Origin: Eledone cirrhosa
Taxonomy: Eukaryota
Direction of reading: 5' to 3'
Length of the DNA: 64,000 nt
NCBI GenBank assembly: GCA_964016885.1
Contig: OZ024741.1
Span: 357,368,001 to 357,432,000, forward strand
Shown here: piece by piece, positions 1 to 12,581 of the stretch
Numbering within the stretch: the first letter of the stretch is position 1
Layout of the letters: each line of letters opens with the position of its first letter
Notes under the pieces: model-generated
What the model saw: only the letters and a program-made list of their open reading frames with translations
Told to the model about the DNA's origin: nothing
Database searches by the model: none
Made by a program: the position numbers and the translations under genes

Positions 1-125
1 TATATAACTGAACCTTAAAAAAAAACAAGAAAAAATCAAAACAAACACTGCAATTATGTTAATAGTTAGCCATAATAACAGTAAAGAGTCTCGCTTAAAT
101 TTGGGAGAGCGTGAAGGTAATGGTA

Positions 126-159
<34 letters not shown>

Positions 160-1197
160 AATGAAAAATATAGAAATTGTTGTAGCGAGAAGCTACTCTC
201 TCTCTATATATAGATAGAGGGGGGAGGGGCGAGAGATAGAGGAGGAGGGGACGAGTGAGAGAGCTGGATGAATGAGACGTTATAGTTAAACCAGTAAGAC
301 TATTATTTAACTTATAGTATAGAAAGTAGAGTAAGGATATTATTGTACGGCTTAGCGCTTATACCATTTCGAAAGCAAATAAGAAATTAATCAGTTAATT
401 AATTTATATCTATCTAAATATATGTATAATGAACACCTGCTTGCCTCAAAATATTTTAAAAGGAAACAAGCATTCCCTGTTGTAGCGTATGAGTGTGTAT
501 GTCTTCTCGCGTTTTTTCTCTTCTTTCTCGGTGCTTTTTTTTTTTACTTATTTGTTTCTTTTGGAAATCATAAACATTAATTAATTTGATATATATGTAT
601 ATAATGTGTGTATGATTAATGAAATAAAAATAGAAGTGTTGTCAGGCACGTGAAATATGTCAATACAATAAAAATAGAGCTGTGTTATAATAACCACATA
701 TACAAAGATGGATTAATTGTCAGAAAACTCTTCCTTATTGTTTGGTGAGAGCTGTATCAATGTACATTTCATAATAATAATACTTACCATTTTCCTGTAG
801 GATAGAGCCCTTTTTTACACAGTTGCAACATACCTAGGAGGAATGCATCTTGTTTTTGTGTAAATAAATTATAAAAAAATATTTGAAAAGGTTAAGTGTT
901 TGCAATTTATGGCTATCCAAAGAACCGCCATGCGCCCATTAGGGCGCCACCATAACGTTCTTTGGTATTATTTACAACATTTGAGTTTCGTAAAAAAAAA
1001 TACAATTGGTTTATTCATAGAATTTTCAGTATCACGAAGTAAATGATAGAATTCTTTGGTTAATATATTTATAAATATGTTTAATCTATTTTAAACGATG
1101 TTTATGAAAAATAAATACGTAACGTTCAGCAATTGTTAAAAATTCTGCTCTAAAAGCAAAGACAGCTGAACTGACAATCTAAATGTTTTTTTTCTTT

Positions 1198-1657
1198 ATG
1201 ACTGAAGCAAAGAACGAGCCTGCCTCCCTCACCCGACTGACTTTGTTTCCTTATAACTTTCATAATAATGCATATTTTAAATTAGATTTTGCAGATACAG
1301 TTTCGAAAGTGTAGATTACGAATATGTTGTTGAAATTTAAGTTAATTTTTTTTTTCGCGATTCTTAATTGGCTTTACGTTTCTGTATAAAATCTGATATT
1401 ATCCTGATTGATATTCTTTATTATCAACATGAAATTGGAAGACATGATGAAAAAAATGTCCAAATTTACCTTTATCCACTAAATCGAAAGTATTATGAAC
1501 AAGAATATTTTAAAATTTAAGTTTGTTTAAATATATATATATCATCAACATAATCAACCTTAATCTCTGCAAAATTTGGTTTAAAAAATACAATATCAAG
1601 AAAGTTATGTAGAAACAAAGTGGAGTGAGGGGTGGATAATTGTTCTGCTTCAGATGT
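1198..1657. mobile_element. Old non-autonomous DNA transposon (MITE-like) with long imperfect TIRs
   Basis: actttgtttccttataacttt...attttgcagat (~1240-1296) is the imperfect reverse complement of atctctgcaaaattt...aaagttatgtagaaacaaagt (~1563-1621); the match extends outward to ctgaagca/tgcttcag. Confidence 0.45.
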
Positions 1658-1779
1658 ATTTATTGGCCATCAATTGATATAGTTTATTCTTAATTTTAAT
1701 TGAATATCTATCCTAATAATCTTTTTACAATTAGATTAATAACATTTTTTTATTATCCCCAAAATTATCCTCATTATTT

Positions 1780-2545
1780 TTCTATGAATATGAAAATATA
1801 ATTCTTACAAAATGAAAGTATAAACAAGAATACTTTTTCCAGAATGAAAATATAAATACAATTAATTATTGCTAGGAACCTTACAAATATAATGCACAAA
1901 ACGAGAGACACCCCACCACAAAAAAAAAAAAAAAAAATCAAGAAAATCAATTCATCACTAATTGCGAAAGTCGACCGCACAACCACAAGGATCAACTGAA
2001 ATTGTTGAGGCAAACCAACACGCTCGCAGCATTACCGCGGGTGATGGCGAGGTTAAGGCGCTGAAATAACCAGGCATCACCTCACACCTCGGTAAGGTGA
2101 GCGCTAACAATGGCAACAATTTCGCTGTCAGCGACCCAGCTCCAAACGTCACAGGCTGAGAAAAATAGTTATTTGATAGTATTTTAGGATTTTATTCCGT
2201 TCGACATCGGAAGCAGTGATCCTCACACTTACCACAGAATTCATGATGTGGGAGGGAACAAACAAGTCACTGACTGTGGCGTCCCAAATGAGACATCTGC
2301 CTCACACTCAGGGACAAAGAGTAAGATCATCTGGTTTCTTCCCATCAATTATGGATAATTCAGCCGGCTCCAGAACTGCGGGGATATTTACCCGAGGTAG
2401 TGCCCGCTTGATGATCGGGTTTAGCTCGGTGTAGTGGGCGAAGCGACCAGCATTCACGCAGCAAGACAAGCCATGGAGGCCTGTAGAATCGAGGTACCTA
2501 CCACAACGACATCTCAGACCCCCACAGACATCGACTCCCATTCGG
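1780..2545 (-). mobile_element. CRE-clade non-LTR retrotransposon, 3' fragment (restriction-like endonuclease pseudogene)
   Basis: Translation CRCGRYLDSTGLHGLSC...LNPIIKRAL...IPAVLEPAEL..DGKKPDDLTLCP*..GRCLIWDATVSD followed by WLFQRLNLAITRGNAASVL; CCHC, PD..D and RGNA motifs typical of CRE RLE; stops and frameshifts. Confidence 0.8.
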
Positions 2546-3394
2546 AAACTTCGTTTTTTAGTTACTGTGGGAATTCTTGGGTTGGGGGGTGAATATTACA
2601 CCTATCAAGTTTTGGAGGTAAAATTTTCATTTTCCCTAAGATTTGGGATATGGTTTAAATGAATATGGCCTTCAAAACAATTGGAAATTATTCGTTTGTG
2701 GAATTAACAAATGGGATAGGTACTCTCAGAGTTCTCGGTTTTGGAGGTAAATATTACACTCGTCTCACTTTGGAAGTGAAATTTATGTTTTTCCTATTGT
2801 TCTTTTTGTTCTGCACGAAAATGAGTTGCAAAACCGGGATCAATAAAGGTAAATACAAGTCAATGAGTGGCAGATCAATTTCATAAAAGTAGCACATTTA
2901 AAAAAAGCAGCTGATTATGTTCGAAAGTATCCCAAAACGAAAACTTTGCTACTAAATTAAAACAGCTTAGAGAGTTATGCCCCTTTGTATTCTGTGTTAA
3001 AATGTTATTTTTTAATCAATAATAAAGAAATACACACACATGCATGCATATATAACACAAATATATAAAAGGATATATATATATTTAACGTAGGAATAAA
3101 CGATTGAGATTGATGTGGTTAGTCGATTAGATTGACTCCTGTACTTCAGTGATCGTACACGGCGGTATCTGAACACGAAGTAAAGAACTAAATACTGCAA
3201 TACATTTATCTGATCCTCCAACGAGTTTGCCAATCCGCCGCTCTAATAATCATTTTAAACCTATACATAAGGTCACAAAAGTCAGGATAATAGGTTAGGT
3301 CGAAGGAAAAAAACGCAAAACTGACTTAGATTTTAAGTAAAGGGAAGCTACTTGGTTTAATTTTTCTAAGGGAGATAAATACAGTATTGAAACA

Positions 3395-3495
<101 letters not shown>

Positions 3496-3535
3496 GATAT
3501 TAAATAAATGGAAACTATATTTATAAAACCATATT

Positions 3536-3601
3536 TATTTCATTATATATATTTCAGGGATATCATATTAACAATATGTTATGCCTTCCTCAGACAAAAT
3601 A
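3536..3601 (-). ncRNA. Type I hammerhead ribozyme, intact core (PLE pLTR type)
   Basis: Minus strand reads UAUUUUGU-CUGAGGA-AGGCAUAACAUAUU-GUU-AAUAUGAUAUCCCU-GAAA-UAUAUA-UA^AUGAAAUA: 8-bp stem I, long stem II, palindromic minimal stem III, AUA cleavage triplet. Confidence 0.8.
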
Positions 3602-3942
3602 CAATATAGACAGTTTTATAGATAAATAGATTTGACATACCGTTCAACATCGACTTGTATTTGAAAAAGTTGATTTGGCAGTGAAAAATTGTAAACAGAA
3701 AGAAAGAGAGAAAGAAGGAAAGAAAGAAAGAAAACGTAAATATACTCCAAATACTTGTTGAGTGCTTTTATATCAGTTATAAATATTTACTAGTTGTAAC
3801 CCAACAATTTAAATATAACTTTCCATGTATATATATATATATATATAATGGAAAATATGGTGATAACGGTGTTGATGATAATTATATTTATTGCGGTGGC
3901 GGATATAATATAAGATCAAAAGATGGTTAAAAGAGTTCCAAG

Positions 3943-4013
3943 TATTTTATTATGCGCATTTCAAAAACAAATATCATCATGGAATGATATATGCGTTCTC
4001 ATCAGATAAAATA
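3943..4013 (-). ncRNA. Type I hammerhead ribozyme, intact core (left arm of fold-back)
   Basis: UAUUUUAU-CUGAUGA-GAACGCAUAUAUCAUUCCAUGAUGAUAUUUGUUUUU-GAAA-UGCGCA-UA^AUAAAAUA; perfect 8-bp stem I, palindromic stem III. Confidence 0.82.
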
Positions 4014-4123
4014 GGGAGACATAATATGAAGCTTAAAAAACACTTGTGAATAGTGAAGTTTTAAATCAACATTTAAAACTTCACTATTCACAAATGTTTT
4101 TAAAGCTTCATATCACGTCTCCC

Positions 4124-4194
4124 TATTTTATCTGATGAGAACGCAGATATCATCCCATGATGATATTTGTATTTGAAATGCTCATAATAAAATA
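4124..4194 (+). ncRNA. Type I hammerhead ribozyme (right arm of fold-back)
   Basis: tattttat-CTGATGA-gaacgcagatatcatcccatgatgatatttgtattt-GAAA-tgctca-TA^ataaaata; core intact, stem III loop mutated from tgcgca. Confidence 0.78.
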
Positions 4195-4318
4195 CTTGGA
4201 ACTCTTTTAACCATCTTTTGATCTTATATTATTTATACTCCAGTCCTACAAACTGTAGAGTGCTACTTATCCGATATTTGCATTGCTTTATTGTGCTACA
4301 ATAACACTCACCTCCTAC

Positions 4319-4365
<47 letters not shown>

Positions 4366-4449
4366 TAGGTATTTCTGTAGAAAGGGTAAAGGAAAAAAGT
4401 GGTCTATGTATTATACACCGCTATTTAATTGCATAATACACAACACTAT

Positions 4450-4530
4450 AATTATTTCATTACCGAGGGTTTCAAGAAAGTAGATGATTCTTGCAAGGAA
4501 CATCCAGTTCGTTCGTCAGACAAAATAATT
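4450..4530 (-). ncRNA. Type I hammerhead ribozyme, intact core, in TA/CA-flanked insert 4365-4535
   Basis: AAUUAUUUUGU-CUGACGA-ACGAACUGGAUGUUCCUUGCAAGAAUCAUCUACUUUCUU-GAAA-CC-CUC-GG-UA^AUGAAAUAAUU; 11-bp stem I, GUA triplet. Confidence 0.82.
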
Positions 4531-4549
4531 GCCACTATATATATATATA

Positions 4550-4661
4550 GTGGCAAAAAAACCAAGAGGTTATATCTGTAGAAAGTGAGCGCACACTTCG
4601 TTATAGAGTTAGTTTCACAACCATACTCGAGTATACTTGTTTCACCCAATGGATTTTCAAT
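4550..4661 (-). mobile_element. PLE-type pLTR fragment with decayed hammerhead
   Basis: Minus strand TTGAAAA-tccattgggt-GAAA-caagtata...; colinear with the 46578-46722 insert (tatggt..gaactaact..ctacRgatataacc); (TA)n flanks. Confidence 0.5.
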
Positions 4662-4760
4662 ATATACATACATGCATGTGTGTGTGTGTAAAAGGTAAAC
4701 AAATAACAAAAGAAACGATACAGTATATGGAGGGGATATAGTAGTTTAGCAGGAAGAGGG

Positions 4761-4796
4761 TCTTAACGTTTCGGACCGCTAGTCCTTCATTAAAAG
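4761..4796 (-). ncRNA. Decayed minimal hammerhead ribozyme
   Basis: tctt-TTAATGA-a-ggac-tagcg-gtcc-GAAA-CG-TT-aaga; stems I and II intact, CUGAUGA box has two transitions. Confidence 0.55.
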
Positions 4797-5767
4797 AAAG
4801 AATGAGAAATTAGAAAGATTGAGGGGACGAGCTGGGGGGGGGGGGGGGGTTAGAGAAAAATAATAGGTCCATTCATGTTGCCATATCATTAAAAAATATG
4901 TGGGACATGTAAAGGAATCAGAAAACTTGGAAAAGACAGACACATGGACAGTTCCCCCACTCATGGGCTATCTTCTGGGAATCATTATATTTCTGGCCAC
5001 ATATGTTCAAAAGGACACATGATGCAGTTTCTTTATATGTAATTTTGCTAAGCTGTAATTTTGTAATTTTTCTTCAGAATTCCTGATTTTCCATAGTTGC
5101 TGCTTGAAATCATTAACTGTGCATGGAAACGATGAAATGTTCAACTGAATAAGATATTGGATACTGATGTTCATGAGTTCAAATTGCAATATAGTCATTG
5201 CTTTATTTTCATTTCATGTTTTTGTTTTGTTTGTTTATGTTAAAAAGAGAGGACATTGAATAATGATGTAATCCTAAATACACTGCTTTCTTTATTTTCC
5301 CCTTTTTATGCTGAACTGCATATCAGTTCATCCTTGGGCAGTTCTAGTAGCAGAGAGCTTATAATCTCTGTCCAATTTTTTAAATGAATGGATTAAAATC
5401 CTCCCATTTTTTCCGTGATGATGATGATGATGATGATTCCTCTTTTTGGTGAAAAAAGTCACTTTATTTCTAGAGAAAGAGAATCTGTGACTCCTATGAC
5501 CCTTTTCACGAATGTAATAGAAAAGAATAAATCCCAGTGCATTGCTGGTATTTTATTTATCAACCCAGAAAGCATGAAAACCAAAGTTTACCTTGATGGG
5601 ATTTGAACCCAGAGCACAGAGATCTATAACAAATACCACAACACATTCTATTTGACTCTCTAATAACTCTGCCAATTCACCACCTTATAGTCAATTTACA
5701 TTGGTCAAGAATAAACAAAGGATGGTTATGGCTGGCCTTAAGCTAAATAACAGAATATCATCTACAT

Positions 5768-6325
5768 CAGGCATGTCAAACATGCGGCCCTTTATGCACA
5801 CTTGCAGTCCGTACAAAGGTTTTTACAGCATGAGCATGTTTTCATCATCACCGTTTTACATCCGTTCTTCCACGCTAGCATGGGTTAGACGAGTTGTCCT
5901 GTTGTGAGCAGTGTCCGGTCGGCTGACTTTGTCTTGCTCATACAGGAACTGATTCTGGCTTGATTTCTACAGCTGGATGCCCTTCCTAACACCAACCTCA
6001 TTTACAGTGAGTGCTGGGTGCTTTTTTTCTGTGGCACCTCCATGACCACTTTGCAGTGGTGTGGGGGCATATTGTCTATATGCTTCAGCTTCAGCTTGTA
6101 CCCGTGGGGGGGTCGGGTATTCTGTATTACTGAGTGACGCCGTGTGTCATTGCCTTTAAGAGGTGTAATTGGGTAAGGTTGGCTTTTATCACCTCAATAT
6201 TTATCTTCATAATATAAAATTAAAAAATTAGTTGTAATGTGTACAATTAGTTGTCGTGTGTGGTCCTCAGACAACACATATGGGACCCATGTGACCCTCG
6301 GGGGACCCTCAGTTTGACATGTCTG
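5768..6325. mobile_element. hAT-type MITE carrying a nested RTE 3' fragment (5844-6197, minus strand)
   Basis: TIRs caggcatgtcaaac / gtttgacatgtctg; perfect 8-bp TSD atctacat (5760-5767, 6326-6333); insert matches the 3' end of the RTE at 47473. Confidence 0.85.
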
Positions 6326-6639
6326 ATCTACATGTAGTAATGGTCAAGTAATGGTTAAAATAATGATGATGATGAGGAGGAGTATGATTAGATATTGGGA
6401 TACATTTTGATTGACTCTAATTTAAGATAGAATCTTTCAGTAGAATATCTAAAATGTATCCCCCTGGTATGTAGTAGTGAGATATGTGAGTGATATCATC
6501 CCAACTTGCACAGTTGTAAAATATCTCTTCTTAAAATCTATGTCTATTGCAAGTTCTTCCCATGTAGGAACATTTGACCTCTCAGCTAGCAAAACATTTG
6601 CTACCTTTAATATACATTCTTCCATGAACTTGGGTGGTC

Positions 6640-6800
6640 ACGCTTGGGGATCCAGCCAGATCAGTTGGAGATGGTTGCTTCTGACAGGACCCACTGGAAG
6701 GAGTGTTTGAGGACTCTGCCCCTACGACTCTCCCAGGATTAAATGAGCGAAGAAGAAGAAGAAGAAGAAGAAGAAGAAGAAGAAGAAGAAGAAGAAGATG
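6640..6800 (+). mobile_element. RTE-like LINE 3' end with (AAG)n tail; second copy at ~7940-8120
   Basis: cgcttggggatccagccagatcagttggaga...gaggactct...gcgaagaag is shared by both copies; LGIQPDQLEMVASDRTHWKECL resembles an RTE C-terminus. Confidence 0.55.
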
Positions 6801-8974
6801 ATGATATTTATATATCTTCTTCTTCTTCTTCTTCTTCTAACCCATAACATTATGAGTGTGTGTCCAGCACCCTAACCACATGGCTATGAGACCAACCACC
6901 TTTTTATGATATATGACTTTTTGCCTGCGATGTTTTTCCTGTTCATCAGTGCAGCATAGATGATGATATGATAGCAACTGATAGTAAATCATGCCAGTAA
7001 CCCAAACATCCTTACAATTTGAACCTCAACAATTCTGCCAATCAATATGGAATGGTAAAATAACAGATGTAATATTGTGTCCCTGCCCTCCACCTTTCAC
7101 ATACAACAAAAAAAATCTAATCAATAGAAACTGTTTGGCACACAAACATAAAGGTTATTGTGGTCATGGCCATATTAGTTGCTATATTTTCATCATTTGG
7201 TTATGTATGTATGTGATGATCTCAATGATTAATCATTAGTGTTTGTTGTGACTGTTCAATGGTCTCGCCAAAAGAAAGTTTGTGTTTCTGTTGGATAATA
7301 GCATTGTATGATAACAATAAATACAGATAATAAATAAGTAATAAATAAATAAGTAAATAAATAAATAAGAAATATAATGAAAATAAAAGGTAAAACAAAA
7401 ATAAAATGAAGCCAAATAGTAAAAAAAAATAATATAAAACAAAAACAAAAATAATATAAGAAGCAAAAACAAGATAAAAATATAAAAACAAAAACAAAAA
7501 ATAATATAAGAAACAAAAACAAGATAAAAATACAAAAAAAAACCAAAAAATAATATAAGAAACAAAAACAAGATAAAGATAATATAAAAACCAAAATAAT
7601 ATGAAAAAATATTAAAAACAAAAATTTTTAAAAACAAAAATGAAAAAATAATATAAAAACAAAAACCAACAACATCAAAAACATAAACTAATCATTAATA
7701 TGCTGAATTATATATGAGTGACTTTTCGAAAGAGATAAAAATCATTTTCTTGCTTGTTGGCACTTGCCTGTATTCTAACTGTTGGTAGTAATTTATAAGT
7801 TATTAGGTATTTATAACTCACACCAGAGATTTCAAATTATAAATACTGGGATACTTTACTGAGACATTCTAAAGAAAGAATCCCAGTATTTAAAAGAATT
7901 ACTCGACAGATTTTAAGTGTAAAACCAAATGGCAGGAAACCCAAGGGTAGACCCCAAGCAAGATGGTTGGATAACATCCATGAGCTTGGCTGGTTTCGCT
8001 TGGGGATCCAGCCAGATCAGTTGGAGACGATTGCTTCTGATAGGACTCGCTGGAAGGAGTATTTGAGGACTCTACCCCCATGACTCTCTCAGGAATAAGT
8101 CTGCGAAGAAGATAGAAGAAAGTGTTGATATATGATGTTAACATGACAGGTGAAGTGAAGTGGTATGAACTTCTGTTGGTTTCAACAATCAGTGGTCTGG
8201 TTGTTCTATCAACAGATGAACTTCCTCACACCCCTCTCAGGAATATGTGGGTGAAGAAAAGAAAGACAGAAAGAAAGACATACTGGGATATGACTAACCA
8301 ATTCTTTTTTGTGCTGTTTGTTGTCGAGAACTCTTGTGTCATCTGTCCTTGTACTGTTATTTTCTTCTGCAAAAAGTGGAGTGTATTCCACTCGAGGAAG
8401 AATCCCCATAGGGTGGAATGGCTGATGCACGTGTCACTGGCTGTTTTCCTCAGCAATGTTTTCACCATCTTGTCTGAGGGGCATAGCTGAGATATACCCT
8501 CCCCCCTCTCCCAGTCAAAGGTGTAGAGTTTTCCCCTCCCTTTCCCCCTTTTTATTATCTAATTTTCCTTTTTCCCTTCCCCCATTTTTTCTCGATTTTT
8601 CTCTCTCCCCGTTTATTATTTTAATCGTTGAATTGACATCGATTACATTAACACCAATTCTTAACTGGTACTTTATTTTATCGACCCCGTAAGGATGAAA
8701 GGCAAATGGATTTGAACTCAGAATGGCAAGGGCTGTAACTCTATGCGTCAAAGCATGGCGCCCGACCCTCTACCGATACTGCCAATCCATCGCCATTGCC
8801 CAATAATAATAATAATAAAACTAATTGACCCTGTGGAAATTTCATGATTTAACAAGTATTAAAAATCAATATGACATTTTAAATGTTTTATTTATGAGTT
8901 AAATATATACACACAAATAATATAACCATCCAGGATTTAAAAAAAAAAATTCACATTCACATTCTTACCACCTC

Positions 8975-8997
8975 TTTCCATAAAGATTTGTTACAGT

Positions 8998-9044
<47 letters not shown>

Positions 9045-9250
9045 CACACTCTTACCATCCTCTTTCCATAACAACTTGTTATAGTTTTCTCACTCTGTCT
9101 CTCTCTCTCTCTCAAATACATACTCTTACCATCGTCTTTCCATGATGACTTGTTATAACTTTCTCTCTCTTTCACATACACACTCTTACCATCCCCTTTC
9201 CATAAAGTTTTGTTACAGCTCTTTCTCTCTCTCCCACTTTCTTACACACT
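8975..9250. repeat. Compound tandem repeat: ~40-bp core plus (CT)n, about 4 units
   Basis: tcttaccatcctctttccataa...ttgttatag recurs at ~8982, 9049, 9124 and 9184. Confidence 0.7.
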
Positions 9251-9617
9251 CTCTCTTTCTCTCTCTCTCGCTCCGCGAGAAAGAGATATAAATGAAGAAT
9301 CAACCTCAGTACTGGACTGGTACTTTATTTATTGACCTCAAAAGACAAAGTTGACCTCAATGGGATTTGAACTTGGAGCACAGACAGCCAGAATAAATAC
9401 AGCAAAGTATTTTATCCTGGATGCTAGTGACTGCTAGTTCACCATCTTATAAACTAAATACAAATGGTCAAATAGCAACCATATTTTCAAGAGAATCTGT
9501 ACATTGTCTCATTTATGAATCCTTCACCATATTTATAAATATTATAGGATAGTCAGGAGGACTGTTCAGCCTTACCAAACACATGACAACCTCACTAGTG
9601 GTGATGCCATAATATAA

Positions 9618-9808
9618 TTATTTCTACTTTTTGGCACAAGGCCAGCAATTATCCCAGTGTATTACTGGTACTTTATTTCATCGACCCCGTAAGGATAAAA
9701 GGCAAAGTTAACCTCAGCGGGATTTGAACTTAGACCATAAAGGGCCATAATTCTTTGCTGCAAAGCATGGCGTCCGACCCTCTACCGATACTGCCAACCC
9801 ACCGCCCT
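9618..9808 (-). mobile_element. tRNA-derived Meta-domain SINE; further minus copies at ~8630-8800, 11100-11275, 17057-17229, 18696-18842, 41283-41510 and 54989-55194
   Basis: Box A tggcagtatcgg, box B gttcaaatcc, central ctttgccttt(c)atccttacggggtcgat-aaataaagtaccag, (ATT)n tail. Confidence 0.8.
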
Positions 9809-11334
9809 TGGTAAAGCACAGATGCAGCCTTCAACCCAAAGGAACAATCAACAGAGTGCAGGAGCATGTGTAAGTGGCTGAGTATGCAATAGGCACATGT
9901 ATCCTTAGCTCTCTAGCATTTACATAACTCTATTGTATTTTTGTGGTTAAGGCTTTATCTTACATAATATTGAATCTATGAGATTTTGATCTAATTCATT
10001 TTGAGAACAATACCTTAACGTAAGTATGAGCAACCGGTTGTGGCCAGTTTGAACAGAAAGAGGGGAGAGAATTTTGGCTGGATATGGCCAGTTTAAATGC
10101 TGAAGGGTTAACATAATCTCCTGACAGAATCAGCATGACAGAGGAAGTGATAGAGCTGGACCTTTGAATTTCAAGTACAGTCCATCTGCTGAGCTTTCAT
10201 AGTTTCCACCTACTCAATCTCAGTTAGAATGCTTGGGTCGATCTGAAACTATATTAAAAAACAATTGCCCAAGACGCCATGCAATGAGATTGAACTTCTT
10301 AATAATTTTGCCTTGTGGCATCCAGCATGAAATGAAATGAACCTCTGTTGGCTTCAACAATCAGTTTTCCTGTTGTTGGATCAATCCATCTGTAAATCTT
10401 CCTACCAAATTTCACTCACAAGTCATGGGTTGGCCTGAGGCTATTGTAAAAGAGACAGCTCAAGATACCATAACAGTGGGTTAGAACCCAGGACCTCATG
10501 ATAGCAAAGTGATTGCAAAGTGAACTTAATAATTCAGTTATGTTGCATCCAGCATGGTACTCAAGCAGTAAATTACAGGATTTCTAGCTTGGGGTACATT
10601 TTTCAGGATTTCTAGCTAGGGGTACATTTTTCAGTAATGTATACAATTTTGTTTTTAACCTGTTGTAAAGTTGCAACTGAAAGAATGCCCTTCATCAAAG
10701 AATCCCAGCTAATAGACATTAATTGATCTCACATTGTCGAAAATTGTGTGATTGTTGTAGTATGAGCTACAGTCTCCTCACACTAAAAGAATTTATAGAA
10801 AGTCATTCATTAGAATGATATGCATAACTTAACTCTAAGTGAGTACCAATCAATTAATTAATCAATACTTATGAATAATTCTGGTTAGTTATCAGCTGAA
10901 ATATAATGTCTTGATAAACTACAAATACTATTGATTTCTATTGACAAAATGTTTGGTGAATTTTATTAGAGAGATGTATAGTTGATAAACCTAAGCCCTA
11001 GTATACTACTGATAATTAGTTTGCATATTCTGGAAAAATGAAAGCAAATTGGACACCAGCAGGATTCAAACTCACAATGTAAGGCACAAGACTAAATAGT
11101 GTTTCTAATTTTGGCACAAGGCCAGTGCATTACTGGTGCTTTATTTTATCGACCCCGTAAGGATGTGAGGCAAAGTTAACCTTGGCGGGATTTGAACTCA
11201 GACCGTAAAGGGCAGTAACTCTATGCTGCAAAACATGGCATCTGACCATCTACTGATATTGCCAATCCACTGCCCTCAAGACTAAATATTGCTAAGTATT
11301 TAAGCCAGTTCTAAACATAATTAAATACTATGCA

Positions 11335-11746
11335 TTGTAAGGTGCTAGTACTGATGCCATGACAAAAAGCATTTATTCCACCTTGTAAAATGGTAGTAAT
11401 GGTGCCATGACAAAAAGCACCTGGTCTATCCTGCAAGGAGGTAGTGCTGGTGCCATAACAAAAAAACACCCAATCCACTCTGTAATGTGGTAGTCCTGGT
11501 GCCATGTCAAAAAGCACACAGTCCACCCAATAAGGTGGTATTGCTGGAGTCATGATAAAATGCTCCCAGCACATGCTGTAAAGGGGTTGGCATTAGGAAG
11601 GGCATTCAACTGTAGAAGTCAAAAACAGAGCATACAAGCAAGATTTGGTCAGCTGGTCAGTCTAATCTCAGAACAGGACAACCTGTCTAACCCATGCACA
11701 CATGGAAAATAGCCACTAAACACTGTTAATGGTGATGATGATGATT
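11335..11746 (+). mobile_element. SINE or non-autonomous element sharing the RTE 3' tail, with ~6 internal 40-bp tandem units
   Basis: ggtgccatgacaaaaagcac...ctgtaaggtggt repeats, then ggttggcattaggaagggcatt...aacccatgcacacatggaaa and (GAT)n, as in the RTE 3' UTR. Confidence 0.65.
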
Positions 11747-12151
11747 GGTGATGAAGTCAGCAAAATGGCAGAATAGTAAGAACATAGGAAAAAATGACTC
11801 ACTGTATTTGTTCCAACTGTCTGCACTCCCAGTTAAAATTATATCAAGGTCAACTTTACCTTTCATCCTCCTGGGATCATTAAAATAAATTACCACAGCT
11901 GATCAATAGATTGTTAGTGTTGGATGAGATGTGTTGTAAGTTCTTAGCTGGTTGACTTCATCTGACATTTGGTTTAAACCACCCTTTGATCCTTGGTGCC
12001 TTTAGTAGAGGTTACTCTGTTGCAATCATTCAAACCTGATTTCTGATTTGAAGATAATTTTTTCCCTTTCTCCCACCAGTCTTGGATGTCCTGAAAAGAG
12101 TTGTGTCTTTACTGGATCACTAGAATGTTTCAGTGCAACACTGTACTAAAG

Positions 12152-12236
<85 letters not shown>

Positions 12237-12388
12237 GTATGTGTGTGTGTGTGTTAAGTATTTCCATAGAAAGGAAAGAAGAGTGCTCTATTTATTGTAC
12301 AGAGCTATTTAATTACTTAATAAACAACAAATATAATTATTATTCCACAATATAATTATATTGTATTGTTTATTATGTAATATATATA

Positions 12389-12562
12389 GGAAAAAGTTTA
12401 ACCCCGCCGGCAGAGCTCAAGCTGTTTCGACAGCTATTTCTGGACTAATAGAAATAGCCGTCGAAACGGCTTGAGCTCTGCCGTCAGGTTAAACTTTTTC
12501 CTATTACCCACTCTACTACCCTAAGTATTGAGTACTCTGGTTCCTTACCACACCTCCTTCGT
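12389..12562 (+). mobile_element. Fold-back PLE-type pLTR element containing the 3' half of a hammerhead
   Basis: Inverted repeat 12389-12503 centred on ggactaat; right arm GAAA-CGGC-ttgagctct-GCCG-TC^aggttaaac; tail cactct...gagtact...cacctccttcgt then (TA)n. Confidence 0.7.
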
Positions 12563-12581
12563 TATATATATATATATATAT

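Larger units (their letters stand above)
3847..4321 (+). mobile_element. Fold-back PLE-type pLTR element in (TA)n: ~160-bp inverted arms (3906-4066 / 4071-4231), 4-nt loop, 3' tail
   Basis: Near-perfect palindrome centred on caac 4067-4070; unpaired tail 4232-4321 with ACTC..GAGTGCT; (TA)n on both flanks. Confidence 0.8.

Noticed and set aside
3906-4231. ADAR A-to-G signature fixed in the hairpin arms by retrotransposition
   Set aside because: Arm differences include transversions here, and both G:T and A:C types at 24.2-24.5 kb, with no strand-specific A-to-G bias
10660-10782. Minus-strand exon-like stretch with an in-frame TGA (selenocysteine or edited Trp)
   Set aside because: An alternative donor (gtgaga) precedes the TGA, exon status is unsupported, and no SECIS was seen
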